This document shows, piece by piece, positions 20,701 through 30,157 of a DNA stretch of 64,000 bases (position 1 is its first letter; every line of letters starts with the position of its first letter). The DNA comes from Candidatus Niyogibacteria bacterium (lineage in GTDB: Bacteria; Patescibacteriota; Minisyncoccia; JACROR01). The notes under the pieces were generated by a model. That model was not told the origin of the DNA and did no database searches. It saw only the letters and a list, made by a program, of their open reading frames with translations. The translations under genes and the position numbers were made by a program. Location: positions 6,857 to 70,856 of the forward strand of contig JACPLO010000002.1 in the NCBI GenBank assembly GCA_016186495.1, written 5' to 3'.

Positions 20701-21585
20701 ATGCATTTACACGACGATAAAATCAAAGGATTGGAAGAAATAGCCAATAAAATTCGGCAATCTATCATTGAAATGCTTATCAAAGCGGGCTCGGGGCATT
20801 CGGCCGGCCCTTTGGGCATGGCGGATGTTTTTACTTTGATGTATTTTCATGTTTTAAAGCATGATCCGAAAAATCCTGACTGGCCAGAGCGCGACCGGCT
20901 GGTTCTTTCCAACGGCCATATTTGTCCTGCGCAGTACGCGGCGATGGCGCACGCGGGGTATTTTCCGATAAAAGAATTAAATACTTTGCGCAAATTAGGC
21001 AGTCGCTTGCAAGGCCACCCTCATCGTTCAGCTTTACCCGGTTTGGAAACGACTTCCGGGCCTTTGGGTTCCGGCCTTTCGCAAGCCGTGGGAATGGCGA
21101 TTGCTTTGCGGATGGACAGTAAGAAAAACATCGTCTATTGCCTGATGTCTGACGGCGAACATGACGCTGGCCAGACTTGGGAAGCGGCAATGCTGGCCGG
21201 CCGCGAAAAATTATGGAATTTAATCGCGATAATGGACCGAAATAATATTCAGATAGACGGCAATACTGAAGACGTAATGCCTTTGGAACCGCTTCGCGAA
21301 AAATACGAATCGTTCGGCTGGCATGTGATTGACGCCGGCGGGCATGATTTTCAGGAGCTTAATTCGGCAATTGAAGAAGCAAAAGCGGTTTATGAAAAGC
21401 CGGCCATGATTATCGCCCACACCATTCCCGGCAAAGGCGTTGAATATATGGAGCGCGATTTTCGCTGGCACGGCAATCCGCCCGGCAAAGGTCCGGAAGA
21501 TAAATTTTTGAAAGACAAGCAAGGTCCGGAAGCCCTTAAAGAATTAAGGACATTATGGGGACGCATTAAAAGCGAACACGAATAA
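20701..21585 (+). CDS. Transketolase N-terminal subunit
   Basis: DRLVLSNGH, LQGHP, GPLGSG, SDGE, WHG. Confidence 0.93.
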   Translation: MHLHDDKIKGLEEIANKIRQSIIEMLIKAGSGHSAGPLGMADVFTLMYFHVLKHDPKNPDWPERDRLVLSNGHICPAQYAAMAHAGYFPIKELNTLRKLGSRLQGHPHRSALPGLETTSGPLGSGLSQAVGMAIALRMDSKKNIVYCLMSDGEHDAGQTWEAAMLAGREKLWNLIAIMDRNNIQIDGNTEDVMPLEPLREKYESFGWHVIDAGGHDFQELNSAIEEAKAVYEKPAMIIAHTIPGKGVEYMERDFRWHGNPPGKGPEDKFLKDKQGPEALKELRTLWGRIKSEHE

Positions 21586-21610
21586 TAGAAAGTTAAAAAT
21601 TAAAATTCAA

Positions 21611-21626
21611 TCCGTCGGCTGGCGGA
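21611..21626. repeat. Short REP-like palindrome flanked by CAA
   Basis: caa tccgtcggctggcgga caa in an AT-rich spacer. Confidence 0.5.
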
Positions 21627-21637
21627 CAAAATTAAAA

Positions 21638-22633
21638 ATGATTAACAAAAACGTAAAATTAGTTAAAGAAATTTTTGATTTAAAAAAAATCAGCCAGGCG
21701 CCGACGAGGAACGGTTATGGCGAAGGTTTGATTGAAGCCGGAAAGAAAAATAAAAACATCGTGGTGCTTTGCGCGGATTTGACCGAGTCCACGCGCTCGG
21801 AAGCGTTTAAAAAAGAATTTTCGGATCGTTTCATTGAATTAGGCGTGGCGGAGCAAAATATGGCGTCAGTCGCCTCGGGAATGGCTCTCATCGGCAAAAT
21901 TCCGTTTATTTCTTCTTACGCTATGTTCAGTCCGGGCAGAAATTGGGAACAGATCAGAACAACGATTGCTTATAATAATACTCATGTGGTGATTGCCGGC
22001 GCGCATGCCGGAGTTTCGGTTGGGCCGGACGGCGCGACGCATCAAGCCATTGAAGATATCGCGATTACCCGAGTTATGCCGAATATGTCCGTGATCGTGC
22101 CTTGCGACGCGATTGAAGCAAAAAAAGCCACGATGGCTTCGGCGGGGTTAAAAGGCGCGGTTTATCTTCGTTTTGCCCGTGAAAAAACGCCGGTTTTTAC
22201 AACTTTGGAAACATCTTTTAAGATCGGCAAAGCGGAAATTTTCTGGGATTTTAACAAAAAGCCGGATGTGGCGATAATTGCTTGCGGACCGCTTTTACAT
22301 AACGCCATTTTAGCCGCGGCTGAACTTGAAAAAGAAGGAATCGCGGCGCGAGTCATCAATAATCACACTATAAAACCAATGGATGAGGAAACCATAATTA
22401 AGGCGGCAAAAGACGCGGGAGCTGTGGTCACCGTGGAAGAACATCAGATAAACGGCGGAATGGGATCGGCAGTGGCGGAGGTTTTGGCAAGAAATTATCC
22501 GGCGCCGATTGAATTTGTCGGCGTGGAGAACAGATTTGGAGAGTCGGGAGAACCGAATGAATTGATTGAACATTTCGGAATGGGAGTAAAACATATTAAA
22601 AAAGCGGCCAAAAAAGTTTTAAAAAGAAAATAA
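21638..22633 (+). CDS. Transketolase C-terminal subunit
   Basis: GVAEQNM, GPDGATHQ, TVEEHQ. Confidence 0.93.
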   Translation: MINKNVKLVKEIFDLKKISQAPTRNGYGEGLIEAGKKNKNIVVLCADLTESTRSEAFKKEFSDRFIELGVAEQNMASVASGMALIGKIPFISSYAMFSPGRNWEQIRTTIAYNNTHVVIAGAHAGVSVGPDGATHQAIEDIAITRVMPNMSVIVPCDAIEAKKATMASAGLKGAVYLRFAREKTPVFTTLETSFKIGKAEIFWDFNKKPDVAIIACGPLLHNAILAAAELEKEGIAARVINNHTIKPMDEETIIKAAKDAGAVVTVEEHQINGGMGSAVAEVLARNYPAPIEFVGVENRFGESGEPNELIEHFGMGVKHIKKAAKKVLKRK

Positions 22634-22641
22634 ATAATAAA

Positions 22642-23637
22642 ATGTTTGAACAAAAGTTTGATTTTATCGCGATTGGCGACACGACCACCGACGCTTTCAT
22701 CCGTTTAAAAGAAGCGTCGGCGCATATTGATATTGACAAAGGCGCGAGGGAAATTTGTATGAAATTCGCGGATAAGATTCCTTATGAAGAAGTTATTGTC
22801 GTTCCGGCGGTGGGGAACAGCGCGAATGCTTCTGTGGCCGCGGCGCGCCTCGGATTGAAAAGCGCGCTCGTTTCCAACATCGGCGGTGATTATTTTGGCA
22901 AAGAATGTCTTGCTGTTTTAAAAAAAGAAGCCGTTGCCTTAAAATTCATTAAAATCCATAAAGGCCAAAAAACGAATTACCATTATATTTTATGGTTTGA
23001 GGATGACCGGACTATTTTGATAAAACATGAAGAATTTAAATACGAATTACCCGACATTAACAGCCCCGGCTGGATTTATTTATCGTCTCTTGGCGGAAAT
23101 TCTTCGTCTTTTCATAAAAAAGTTGAAGAATTTTTATCCGAACATCCGAAGATTAAAGTCGCGTTCCAGCCCGGAACTTTTCAGATGAAAATGGGCGTGG
23201 AAGCGCTGAAGGAGATTTATCGGCGAAGCGACGTTTTTTTGTGCAATAAAGAAGAATCGCAGAGGATTTTAAAAACAGAAGAAAATGACGTTAAAAAACT
23301 TCTTTTTATGATTCGGGAATTAGGGCCGAAAATTGCCGTTATTACCGACGGCATTAAAGGCGCGTACGCTTTTGACGGCGTGAATGCCTGGTTTATGCCG
23401 CCATATCCTGACCCGAAGCCGCCTTTTGAAAGAACCGGCGCGGGCGACGCTTTTTCTTCCACTTTTGTCGTCGCTTTGGCTTGCGGCCAATTCATTGAAG
23501 ATGCGCTTCGCTGGGCTCCCATTAATGCTATGTCCGTGGTTCAGCAGGTTGGCGCGCGAGCCGGCCTTCTTTCCCGTTCTCAATTGGAACAATATCTGAA
23601 AGAAGCCCCTTCATACTATAAGCCGGAGAAAATTTAA
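22642..23637 (+). CDS. PfkB family carbohydrate kinase
   Basis: NKEE, RTGAGDAF. Confidence 0.88.
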   Translation: MFEQKFDFIAIGDTTTDAFIRLKEASAHIDIDKGAREICMKFADKIPYEEVIVVPAVGNSANASVAAARLGLKSALVSNIGGDYFGKECLAVLKKEAVALKFIKIHKGQKTNYHYILWFEDDRTILIKHEEFKYELPDINSPGWIYLSSLGGNSSSFHKKVEEFLSEHPKIKVAFQPGTFQMKMGVEALKEIYRRSDVFLCNKEESQRILKTEENDVKKLLFMIRELGPKIAVITDGIKGAYAFDGVNAWFMPPYPDPKPPFERTGAGDAFSSTFVVALACGQFIEDALRWAPINAMSVVQQVGARAGLLSRSQLEQYLKEAPSYYKPEKI

Positions 23638-23641
23638 TTAT

Positions 23642-24505
23642 ATGGCGGACTTAAACGGATTTTTAAAAAAAGCGGCAGAAGAGGGCTGGGCCTTGGGGCA
23701 TTTTAATATTTCCAATCTGGAGCAGCTGCGCGCTATTTTAAACGCAGCTCAATCCGCGATGGCTCCTATTCATATCGGCACCTCCGAAGGAGAACGTGGT
23801 TTTATCGGCTTAAAGCAGGCGGTTTATCTGATCAGGGCTTTTCGCGAAGAAACAGGCCTGCCGATTTTTTTAAACGCGGATCATTGTAAAAGCGTTGCTT
23901 CGGCTAAGGAAGCGGCGGATGCCGGATACGAATCAATTCATATTGATCTTTCAACCGAGCCGTTTGAAGAAAATATCAAAGGGACGAAAGAAGCGGTGGA
24001 ATACGCCAAATCTAAAAATAAAAATATTTCCGTGGAAGGCGAACTTGGTTTTTTAAGAGGCGAATCAAAAATTCAGAAAGAAGTTGTTGAAATAAAACCG
24101 GCAGATTTTACAAAAATAAAAGAAGCCGAAGAATTCGTCAAAAAAACCGGTGTAGACCGTCTGGCGCCGGTGGTCGGAAACATTCACGGCATTGCCGCCA
24201 ATGAACCGAAATTGGACATTGAACGGATCAGAAAAATTCACGAGGCATTGCCGGAAATTACTTTGGTTCTTCATGGCGGCTCCGGCATTCCCGATGATCA
24301 AATAAAAGAAGCGATTAAAGCCGGCATTAGCAACATTCACGTCAATACGGAAATAAGAGTGGCTTACAGCGCGGCTTTGCGCCGAACTCTCGCACAAAAA
24401 CCCGAAGAAACCACGCCTTATAAATTATTTTCGGAAGCAATTAAGGCCGTGGAAGAAAAAGTAAAAGAAAAATTAACGCTATTCAACAGCGTCAATAGGA
24501 TTTAA
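23642..24505 (+). CDS. fba: Class II fructose-bisphosphate aldolase
   Basis: NADH, EGELG, GNIHG, LVLHGGSG. Confidence 0.88.
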   Translation: MADLNGFLKKAAEEGWALGHFNISNLEQLRAILNAAQSAMAPIHIGTSEGERGFIGLKQAVYLIRAFREETGLPIFLNADHCKSVASAKEAADAGYESIHIDLSTEPFEENIKGTKEAVEYAKSKNKNISVEGELGFLRGESKIQKEVVEIKPADFTKIKEAEEFVKKTGVDRLAPVVGNIHGIAANEPKLDIERIRKIHEALPEITLVLHGGSGIPDDQIKEAIKAGISNIHVNTEIRVAYSAALRRTLAQKPEETTPYKLFSEAIKAVEEKVKEKLTLFNSVNRI

Positions 24506-24558
24506 AATTGATTAAACAGGCAGTTGATTTTTTAGCTGTTTTTTATTAAACTGTTTTT

Positions 24559-25257
24559 ATGCTGCTAAAAGTTCAGGAACGGAAAATTAAAGGAAAAAAA
24601 GTAAAAACTTTGCGCCAGCAAGGCTTGATTCCCGCTGTTCTTTACGGCGGAAACGAAAAAGAGAATACGCTTTTCAGCGTGGAAAATAATGAATTTAAAA
24701 AAGTATGGAATGAAGCGGGCGGTTCTTCGGTGATAGAATTGGAAACTCCGGCCGGAAAAAAAAATGTTTTAATCCAGGATGTGGCGTTTAATCCTTTAAA
24801 AGGCGAGCCGCTTCATATTGATTTTTACGCCGTTAGAATGGATAAACTTATTACAACGGCCGTGCCGATAGTTTTTAAAGGGGAATCTCCGGCGGTGAAA
24901 AATTTAGGCGGCATTTTGGTAAAAGTCGTGCATGAGCTTGAAGTTGAAGCCTTGCCTCAGAATTTGCCTTCGGAAATTTTAATTGATATTTCCGGCTTGG
25001 CGAATTTAAACGATCATTTTATTGTCGGCGATCTTGATTTGGAAAAAAGCGTTAAAATCAAGGCGGAAAAAGACGAAGTCATCGTTTTGGTTAAAGCGCA
25101 GGAAGAAGAAAAAGAAGAAGAAAAAGAACTCGCTCTTGAAGATATTGAAGTGGAAGCGAAAGGTAAAAAAGAAAAAGATGAAGAAGCCGGCGCAACGGCG
25201 TTATCGGAAAAATTGCCGGAAAAGCCGTTGGAAAAATCAAAAAGTGAAAAAAAGTAA
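24559..25257 (+). CDS. rplY: 50S ribosomal protein L25 (CTC type)
   Basis: IPAVLYG, LHIDFY, acidic tail. Confidence 0.93.
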   Translation: MLLKVQERKIKGKKVKTLRQQGLIPAVLYGGNEKENTLFSVENNEFKKVWNEAGGSSVIELETPAGKKNVLIQDVAFNPLKGEPLHIDFYAVRMDKLITTAVPIVFKGESPAVKNLGGILVKVVHELEVEALPQNLPSEILIDISGLANLNDHFIVGDLDLEKSVKIKAEKDEVIVLVKAQEEEKEEEKELALEDIEVEAKGKKEKDEEAGATALSEKLPEKPLEKSKSEKK

Positions 25258-25264
25258 AAGCGTA

Positions 25265-26707
25265 ATGTTTTTTAGAAAATTTCAAACTTTTGTTTTAATT
25301 TTTATTTTTATAACGGGCGCTTTTTTAAGCGTCCGTTCCGCGTTTTCTCAAAGCCAAACCGTTGACCCCGTTAGAGGTAAGATTCCGGAGGAATCTGCCG
25401 GTTTGCCGTTAGCAAATCGGACCTCTAACGGGGTTGATCCGGCCGCGATTTTGGAACAACGGGCTAAACTGCTGGAAGAAGAAAAGGAAGTGGAAGAACA
25501 GATTGGCGGATTGATGGTTATTATTCAAAATAAACAAGGGGAAACCGCCAGTTTGGAGCGCGATATCGCCATTATTAACGCCGAGATTAAAAAAGCAAAA
25601 CTGGCCATTAAAGCCAGAACTCTGACGATTGATAATCTTAATTCATCAATCGGAGAAAAATCTAAATTTATTGTTAAACTTTTAGACAAACAAGAGCGCG
25701 AAAAAGAATCTTTAGCCGAGCTTTTGCGGCAATTGAATGAATTTGGAGACACCACTTTAGTGGAGATTATTTTGGGTTATGAAAATCTTTCCGATTTTTT
25801 CGTGAATATGGATTCTTTGGATTTTCTTCAAAAATTCATTCAGGATTCTTTTGACGAAATTAAAATAACAAAAGAGAATACTGAAGAAGAGAAGTCTATT
25901 CTGGAAGAAAAAAAGAAAGAAGAATCAGAACTCCGTTATTTGCAGGAGCTTGAGAAAAAAAGAACTGAAGAAAGAGAAAAAGAAAAGAAAAAGATTTTAG
26001 AAATTACGCGCGGCGAAGAAAATGAATACCAAAAGCTTTTGGCCAGTCGGAAGAAAGATATTGCTCAAATCAGAAATCAACTTTTTATTTTGCGTGGTTC
26101 GGACGCCATTCCTTTTGAAAAAGCCATTGAATACGCCAATATCTCATTTAAGGCAACAGGCGTGCGCCCAGCTTTTCTTTTGGGAATAATTGCCGAAGAA
26201 TCCGAATTGGGCGCTAATTTAGGGTCCGGAAATTGGAAAACTGACATGTACGATTGTTATCGCCGAATCGGCTACAATAAGTCGGCGGAAAAACAAAAAA
26301 CCGCTTTTTTAGCGATTATTTCAGAATTATTTATTGACAGTCCTGATTCAAGGCCGGTTTCCAAAGCGCCGTATTACGGCTGCGGCGGAGCCATGGGGCC
26401 GGCGCAGTTTATGCCCGCTACTTGGTGGGATCCGGTTGGCAATACGGGATATAAAAAATTGATCGCTCAATATACCGGCCATAATCCTCCGGACCCGTGG
26501 AGTCCGGAAGACGCTTTTATGGCCGCGGCGCTTTTGCTTAAAGACAACGGCGCGGCGGCCGGAGGATTTACCGCGGAACGCCGGGCAGCTTTAAGATATT
26601 TAGCCGGCGGCAATTGGAATAAGCCGGCTTACGCTTTTTACGGCGACGACGTGATGGCTTTGGCTAAAAAATATCAAGATCAGATTGATATTTTAACGGA
26701 ATCTTAA
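25265..26707 (+). CDS. Secreted coiled-coil lytic transglycosylase (SLT-like)
   Basis: Signal peptide, long coiled coil, EES catalytic Glu, [13 protein letters not shown]; start ATG 25265. Confidence 0.82.
   Translation: MFFRKFQTFVLIFIFITGAFLSVRSAFSQSQTVDPVRGKIPEESAGLPLANRTSNGVDPAAILEQRAKLLEEEKEVEEQIGGLMVIIQNKQGETASLERDIAIINAEIKKAKLAIKARTLTIDNLNSSIGEKSKFIVKLLDKQEREKESLAELLRQLNEFGDTTLVEIILGYENLSDFFVNMDSLDFLQKFIQDSFDEIKITKENTEEEKSILEEKKKEESELRYLQELEKKRTEEREKEKKKILEITRGEENEYQKLLASRKKDIAQIRNQLFILRGSDAIPFEKAIEYANISFKATGVRPAFLLGIIAEESELGANLGSGNWKTDMYDCYRRIGYNKSAEKQKTAFLAIISELFIDSPDSRPVSKAPYYGCGGAMGPAQFMPATWWDPVGNTGYKKLIAQYTGHNPPDPWSPEDAFMAAALLLKDNGAAAGGFTAERRAALRYLAGGNWNKPAYAFYGDDVMALAKKYQDQIDILTES
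25366..25433. mobile_element. Family A element, 68 bp, flanked by TTGA, in frame
   Basis: TTGA ccccgttagaggt ... acctctaacgggg TTGA; 72 nt net; two inner hairpins. Confidence 0.92.
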
Positions 26708-27579
26708 TTTTTAAAAGCTTCAATAATTGGATCAAGATCGCCGGCCATTATTTTATCCAGATTATGCCAAGATTTCTTAAGCCGGTGGTCGGTGACGCGG
26801 TCTTGAAGAAAATTGTAAGTTCTTATTTTTTCCACCCGTTCCTGGGCGCCGATTTGCTCGCGCCGCGCTTCGCGCGATTCTTTTTCTTCTTTTAAGCGCT
26901 GTTCTTCCAAAAGTTTGGCTTTCAAAATGCTCATCGCTTTTTCGCGATTTTTTTGCTGGCTTCTTTCGGCGGAAGAAAAAATGATCAGTCCGCTGGGTTT
27001 ATGAAGAAGACGGACCGCTGTTTCCACTTTATTGACGTTTTGGCCGCCCGGCCCGCCCGCTCGCGTAAAACTGATTTCCAGATCATTTGGTTTTATTTCC
27101 AAATTTTTTTCCGGATAAACGGGAAGAATCGCCACGGAAGCGGTGGAAGTGTGGATGCGGCCGCTTTTTTCCGTTTTTGGCACGCGCTGGATGCGATGGA
27201 CGCCGCTTTCATTTTTAAGGCGCGAGTAAACGCCTTTTCCTTCAATTTCGTAAACCGCTTCTTTACAGCCGCCTTGTTCGCTTTTTGATTCGTTGATTAA
27301 GGAAATTTTATAACCTTTTTTCCCCGCGTATTTTACATACATCGCGGCCAGATCATTGGCAAAAAGAGCGGCTTCTTCGCCGCCGGCGCCGGCCCTGATT
27401 TCAAAAATAATCGTCTTAGGATTTTCTTCCGAAGCTGTTTCTTCTTTTTTTGAAATTTGAGCAATTGATCGGGAAAGTTCCTGCAGTTTTTGGGATTTTT
27501 CAGAAGTCCAATTTTGCGAGAGTTCTTTAATTAACCGGTCATACTCTTGTTTTAATTTTTCAGATTCCGGATTATTCAT
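26704..27579 (-). CDS. prfA: Peptide chain release factor 1, short N-terminal domain
   Basis: [16 protein letters not shown] (PxT), [15 protein letters not shown]. Confidence 0.88.
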   Translation of the reverse strand: MNNPESEKLKQEYDRLIKELSQNWTSEKSQKLQELSRSIAQISKKEETASEENPKTIIFEIRAGAGGEEAALFANDLAAMYVKYAGKKGYKISLINESKSEQGGCKEAVYEIEGKGVYSRLKNESGVHRIQRVPKTEKSGRIHTSTASVAILPVYPEKNLEIKPNDLEISFTRAGGPGGQNVNKVETAVRLLHKPSGLIIFSSAERSQQKNREKAMSILKAKLLEEQRLKEEKESREARREQIGAQERVEKIRTYNFLQDRVTDHRLKKSWHNLDKIMAGDLDPIIEAFKN

Positions 27580-27806
27580 TTATTTGTTTTTCGGGATTTG
27601 GCTTTGGCTTTTTCCTGGCGCGCTTTGAATTTTTCCACTCGTCCGGCGGTATCAATCAATTTTTCTTTTCCGGTGTAAAAAGGATGGCAAGCGCCGCAAA
27701 TTTCCACCATAATATTTTTTTTAACGGAACCCACGGTTTTTTTATGGCCGCAAGCGCATTCAATAACGGCCTCATTATAGTATTGGGGATGGATGTCTTT
27801 TTTCAT
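27576..27806 (-). CDS. rpmE: 50S ribosomal protein L31
   Basis: [21 protein letters not shown]. Confidence 0.96.
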   Translation of the reverse strand: MKKDIHPQYYNEAVIECACGHKKTVGSVKKNIMVEICGACHPFYTGKEKLIDTAGRVEKFKARQEKAKAKSRKTNK

Positions 27807-27863
27807 AAAGCTATTTTATCTTTTTAGTTGCAAAAACACAAGACTTCGTTTATGATATTATTT

Positions 27864-28691
27864 ATGGTTGTAACTGACCAAGAAAATCAAAATAAAAATG
27901 AAAATAATAATTTGGCTGTCATTCAAAGCGAAGAAAAATCAGATTTAACCGCCAAAGGGCAGGAAACCGCGGTTTTAGCCGAATCCGCCATTCCCGAACG
28001 CTTTGATCAAGAGCTGGAAAAAATGTTTAAAGCCGGCGTGCATTTCGGCTATTCGCGAAGCCGGCGGCATCCTAAAATGACGCCTTATATTTTCGGTTTG
28101 CGGAACAACGCGGAAGTTTTTGATTTGGAAAAAATAAAAGTGAAACTGAAAGAAGCTTCGGCTTTTATCCGAGAGTTGGGAAAAGAGAAGAAAACCGTTG
28201 TCTTAGTGGGAACTAAACCGGCTATTCGCGATATCGTGGAAAAGGCGGCGCGAGAAGCCGGCCTGCCTTATGTGAATGAACGCTGGTTGGGCGGTTTTAT
28301 CACTAATTTTCCCGTCATCAGGAAAAGAATGGATTATTATGAGAATTTAAAAAATGAAAAAGAAAGCGGCGGCCTGGAAAAATACACCAAAAAGGAACGT
28401 TTGGAAATCGCGAAAGAATTAGCGGTACTGGGAAGAAATTTTGACAGTTTGCTGGCGTTAAAAAAACTTCCCGACGCTCTTTTAATTGTTGATCCTGAAA
28501 ATGAAAAAACAGCCGCCAAAGAAGCGGCGGATAAAAAAATTCCCGTGGTCGCTATTTTGAATAGCGACAGCAATCCGGAAAATATTTCTTATCCTATTCC
28601 GGCCAATGACGCTTCCCGGGCGAGCGTGGATTATTTATTGTCAAAAATTACCGAGGCTTATCAAGAAATTACCGATGCGCCGAAGACATGA
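27864..28691 (+). CDS. rpsB: 30S ribosomal protein S2
   Basis: AGVHFG, RWLGGFITN, PANDAS; start set at ATG 27864 after promoter. Confidence 0.93.
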   Translation: MVVTDQENQNKNENNNLAVIQSEEKSDLTAKGQETAVLAESAIPERFDQELEKMFKAGVHFGYSRSRRHPKMTPYIFGLRNNAEVFDLEKIKVKLKEASAFIRELGKEKKTVVLVGTKPAIRDIVEKAAREAGLPYVNERWLGGFITNFPVIRKRMDYYENLKNEKESGGLEKYTKKERLEIAKELAVLGRNFDSLLALKKLPDALLIVDPENEKTAAKEAADKKIPVVAILNSDSNPENISYPIPANDASRASVDYLLSKITEAYQEITDAPKT

Positions 28692-28735
28692 AGGCAATAA
28701 GGAAAAAAAGCAAAAAATTCTGATAAAAAAATGAA

Positions 28736-28858
28736 TCCCGTTAGAGATTAAAGACTTTATTTTTTAACGGAATTTAAAAATATCTTTAATAATGATAATT
28801 AGAAATTATAAGAATAATTTACGGAAATGATTAAAATCATTTCCTATCTCTAACGGGA
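28736..28858. mobile_element. Family A element, 123-bp subfamily, flanked by TGAA, at tsf start
   Basis: TGAA tcccgttagagat ... atctctaacggga TGAA. Confidence 0.93.
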
Positions 28859-29445
28859 TGAAGAATAATTTAGATATTGTTAAAAAATTAAGAGAAGAAA
28901 CCAATGTTTCGGTAATGGCTTGTAAAAAAGCTTTAGAACGAGCGGAAGGCGATTTTAGCCGGGCTTTGGCGTTTTTGAAAAGAGAGAGCGCCGGAATCGC
29001 GGACAAGAAGAGTGACCGCCGGACCAGTTCCGGTTTAGTGGCGTCTTATATCCATTTGGGAGGAAAAATAGGCGTTTTGGCGGAAGTAAGATGCGAGACC
29101 GATTTTGTGGCGCGAAATGACGCTTTTAAAGAATTTGCCGGAAATATCGCGATGCATATCGCGGCGATGGATCCCCATTTTTTGTCTTTAGATCAGGCGC
29201 CGTTGGAAATTAAAAAAGAAATGAGGGAAATTTTTGAAAAAGAGGCCGCGGAAACGGGCAAACCAGCGGAAATAAAAGAAAAAATTGTTAACGGCAAACT
29301 GGAAACTTATCTAAAAGAAAAAAGCCTTTATTCCCAGTTTTACGTCAAAAATCAGGATATTACGGTGGAAGAATATATCAAGGAAACTATCCAGAAATTC
29401 GGCGAGAACATCGTTGTTTCCCGTTTTGCGCGCTTTGTTGTTTAG
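28858..29445 (+). CDS. tsf: Elongation factor Ts (short form)
   Basis: VKKLREET, CKKAL, CETDFVA. Confidence 0.95.
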   Translation: MKNNLDIVKKLREETNVSVMACKKALERAEGDFSRALAFLKRESAGIADKKSDRRTSSGLVASYIHLGGKIGVLAEVRCETDFVARNDAFKEFAGNIAMHIAAMDPHFLSLDQAPLEIKKEMREIFEKEAAETGKPAEIKEKIVNGKLETYLKEKSLYSQFYVKNQDITVEEYIKETIQKFGENIVVSRFARFVV

Positions 29446-29453
29446 CTGAAATT

Positions 29454-29876
29454 ATGTTTTTTTTCTTAATTTTAATTATTGTTTCTTTTTTTGGAATTTT
29501 AACGACTATTTTCAGGCATTGGCCGCGCGTCCGTTCTTTGCCGCCGGAAGAGATTTCTTCGGTTTTAGCGGGGAGCCGTTCATTTTTGGACGGATTTATT
29601 TTTGGTTTTCTTATTCCGTCTTTCCGGCGCGTTCAGAGCAGTTGCGTGCCGATATTTTACGTTACTTCGGAAAAAACCGTCAGGCGGTCGCGCCTTTTAA
29701 TCCTTAAAATAGAGAGCCGCCTTCAAAAAATAACCGACCATTTGAAAGGCAGGCGGATTTTGAACGTCCAAAACAAAAATAATGGCCGCAATTATGAATA
29801 CTGGCAGGAGATAAACGAACATCAAAACGGTTTAAAAGAGGAAATAAAAGAAGGAGAAAAACCTAAGCCGAGGTAG
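29454..29876 (+). CDS. Hypothetical membrane-anchored protein
   Basis: N-terminal TM; stop codon falls inside the decayed tRNA 5' half. Confidence 0.65.
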   Translation: MFFFLILIIVSFFGILTTIFRHWPRVRSLPPEEISSVLAGSRSFLDGFIFGFLIPSFRRVQSSCVPIFYVTSEKTVRRSRLLILKIESRLQKITDHLKGRRILNVQNKNNGRNYEYWQEINEHQNGLKEEIKEGEKPKPR

Positions 29877-29904
29877 CTCAAAAGCAGAGCAATGGTTTTG
29901 CCCG

Positions 29905-30009
29905 CCCCGTTAGAAATGCCGACGTAGCTCAGTGGTAGAGCAACGGTTTTGTAAACCGTAGGTCGTGGGTTCAAATCCCTCCGTCGGCTCATCGGCATTT
30001 CTAACGGGG
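29905..30009. mobile_element. Family A element, 105 bp, carrying a tRNA gene
   Basis: 18-bp perfect IR ccccgttagaaatgccga / tcggcatttctaacgggg; right flank TAAA, left flank CCCG. Confidence 0.9.
29918..29989 (+). tRNA. tRNA-Thr(TGT), inside the element
   Basis: GCCGACG/CGTCGGC acceptor, GCTC/GAGC D-stem, ACGGT TTTGTAA ACCGT, GGTTCAAATCC; one T-stem mismatch. Confidence 0.9.
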
Positions 30010-30157
30010 TAAACAGGTTGGAGGTTCGAATCTTCTCCTCGACTCCAAGATTAGATTTTTTACAATCATAATTCATGCGGCTTGCTTATTTATCAATGGA
30101 GATTAAAAAATGTTAATATTATGTTATGAAAGTTGTTCTGCTAACGTTCAAGTCCTC

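Larger units (their letters stand above)
29867..30047 (+). pseudogene. Interrupted, decayed tRNA-Thr(TGT): 5' half 29867-29900, 3' half 30010-30047
   Basis: GCCGAGGTAGCTCAAAAGCAGAGCAATGGTTTTG | TAAACAGGTTGGAGGTTCGAATCTTCTCCTCGACTCCA; acceptor mismatch, D-loop GG lost, 3 nt missing from the anticodon stem. Confidence 0.85.

Noticed and set aside
25022-25264. Lys-rich N-terminal extension of the transglycosylase ORF
   Set aside because: It is an alternative frame of the rplY acidic tail; the signal peptide starts at ATG 25265.
29901-30009. Group I/II or bulge-helix-bulge tRNA intron
   Set aside because: Too short for a ribozyme, it consists of family A arms plus a tRNA, and the rejoined outer tRNA is defective.
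29822-30076. 84-aa minus-strand ORF
   Set aside because: Antisense to the tRNA locus; typical tRNA shadow translation.
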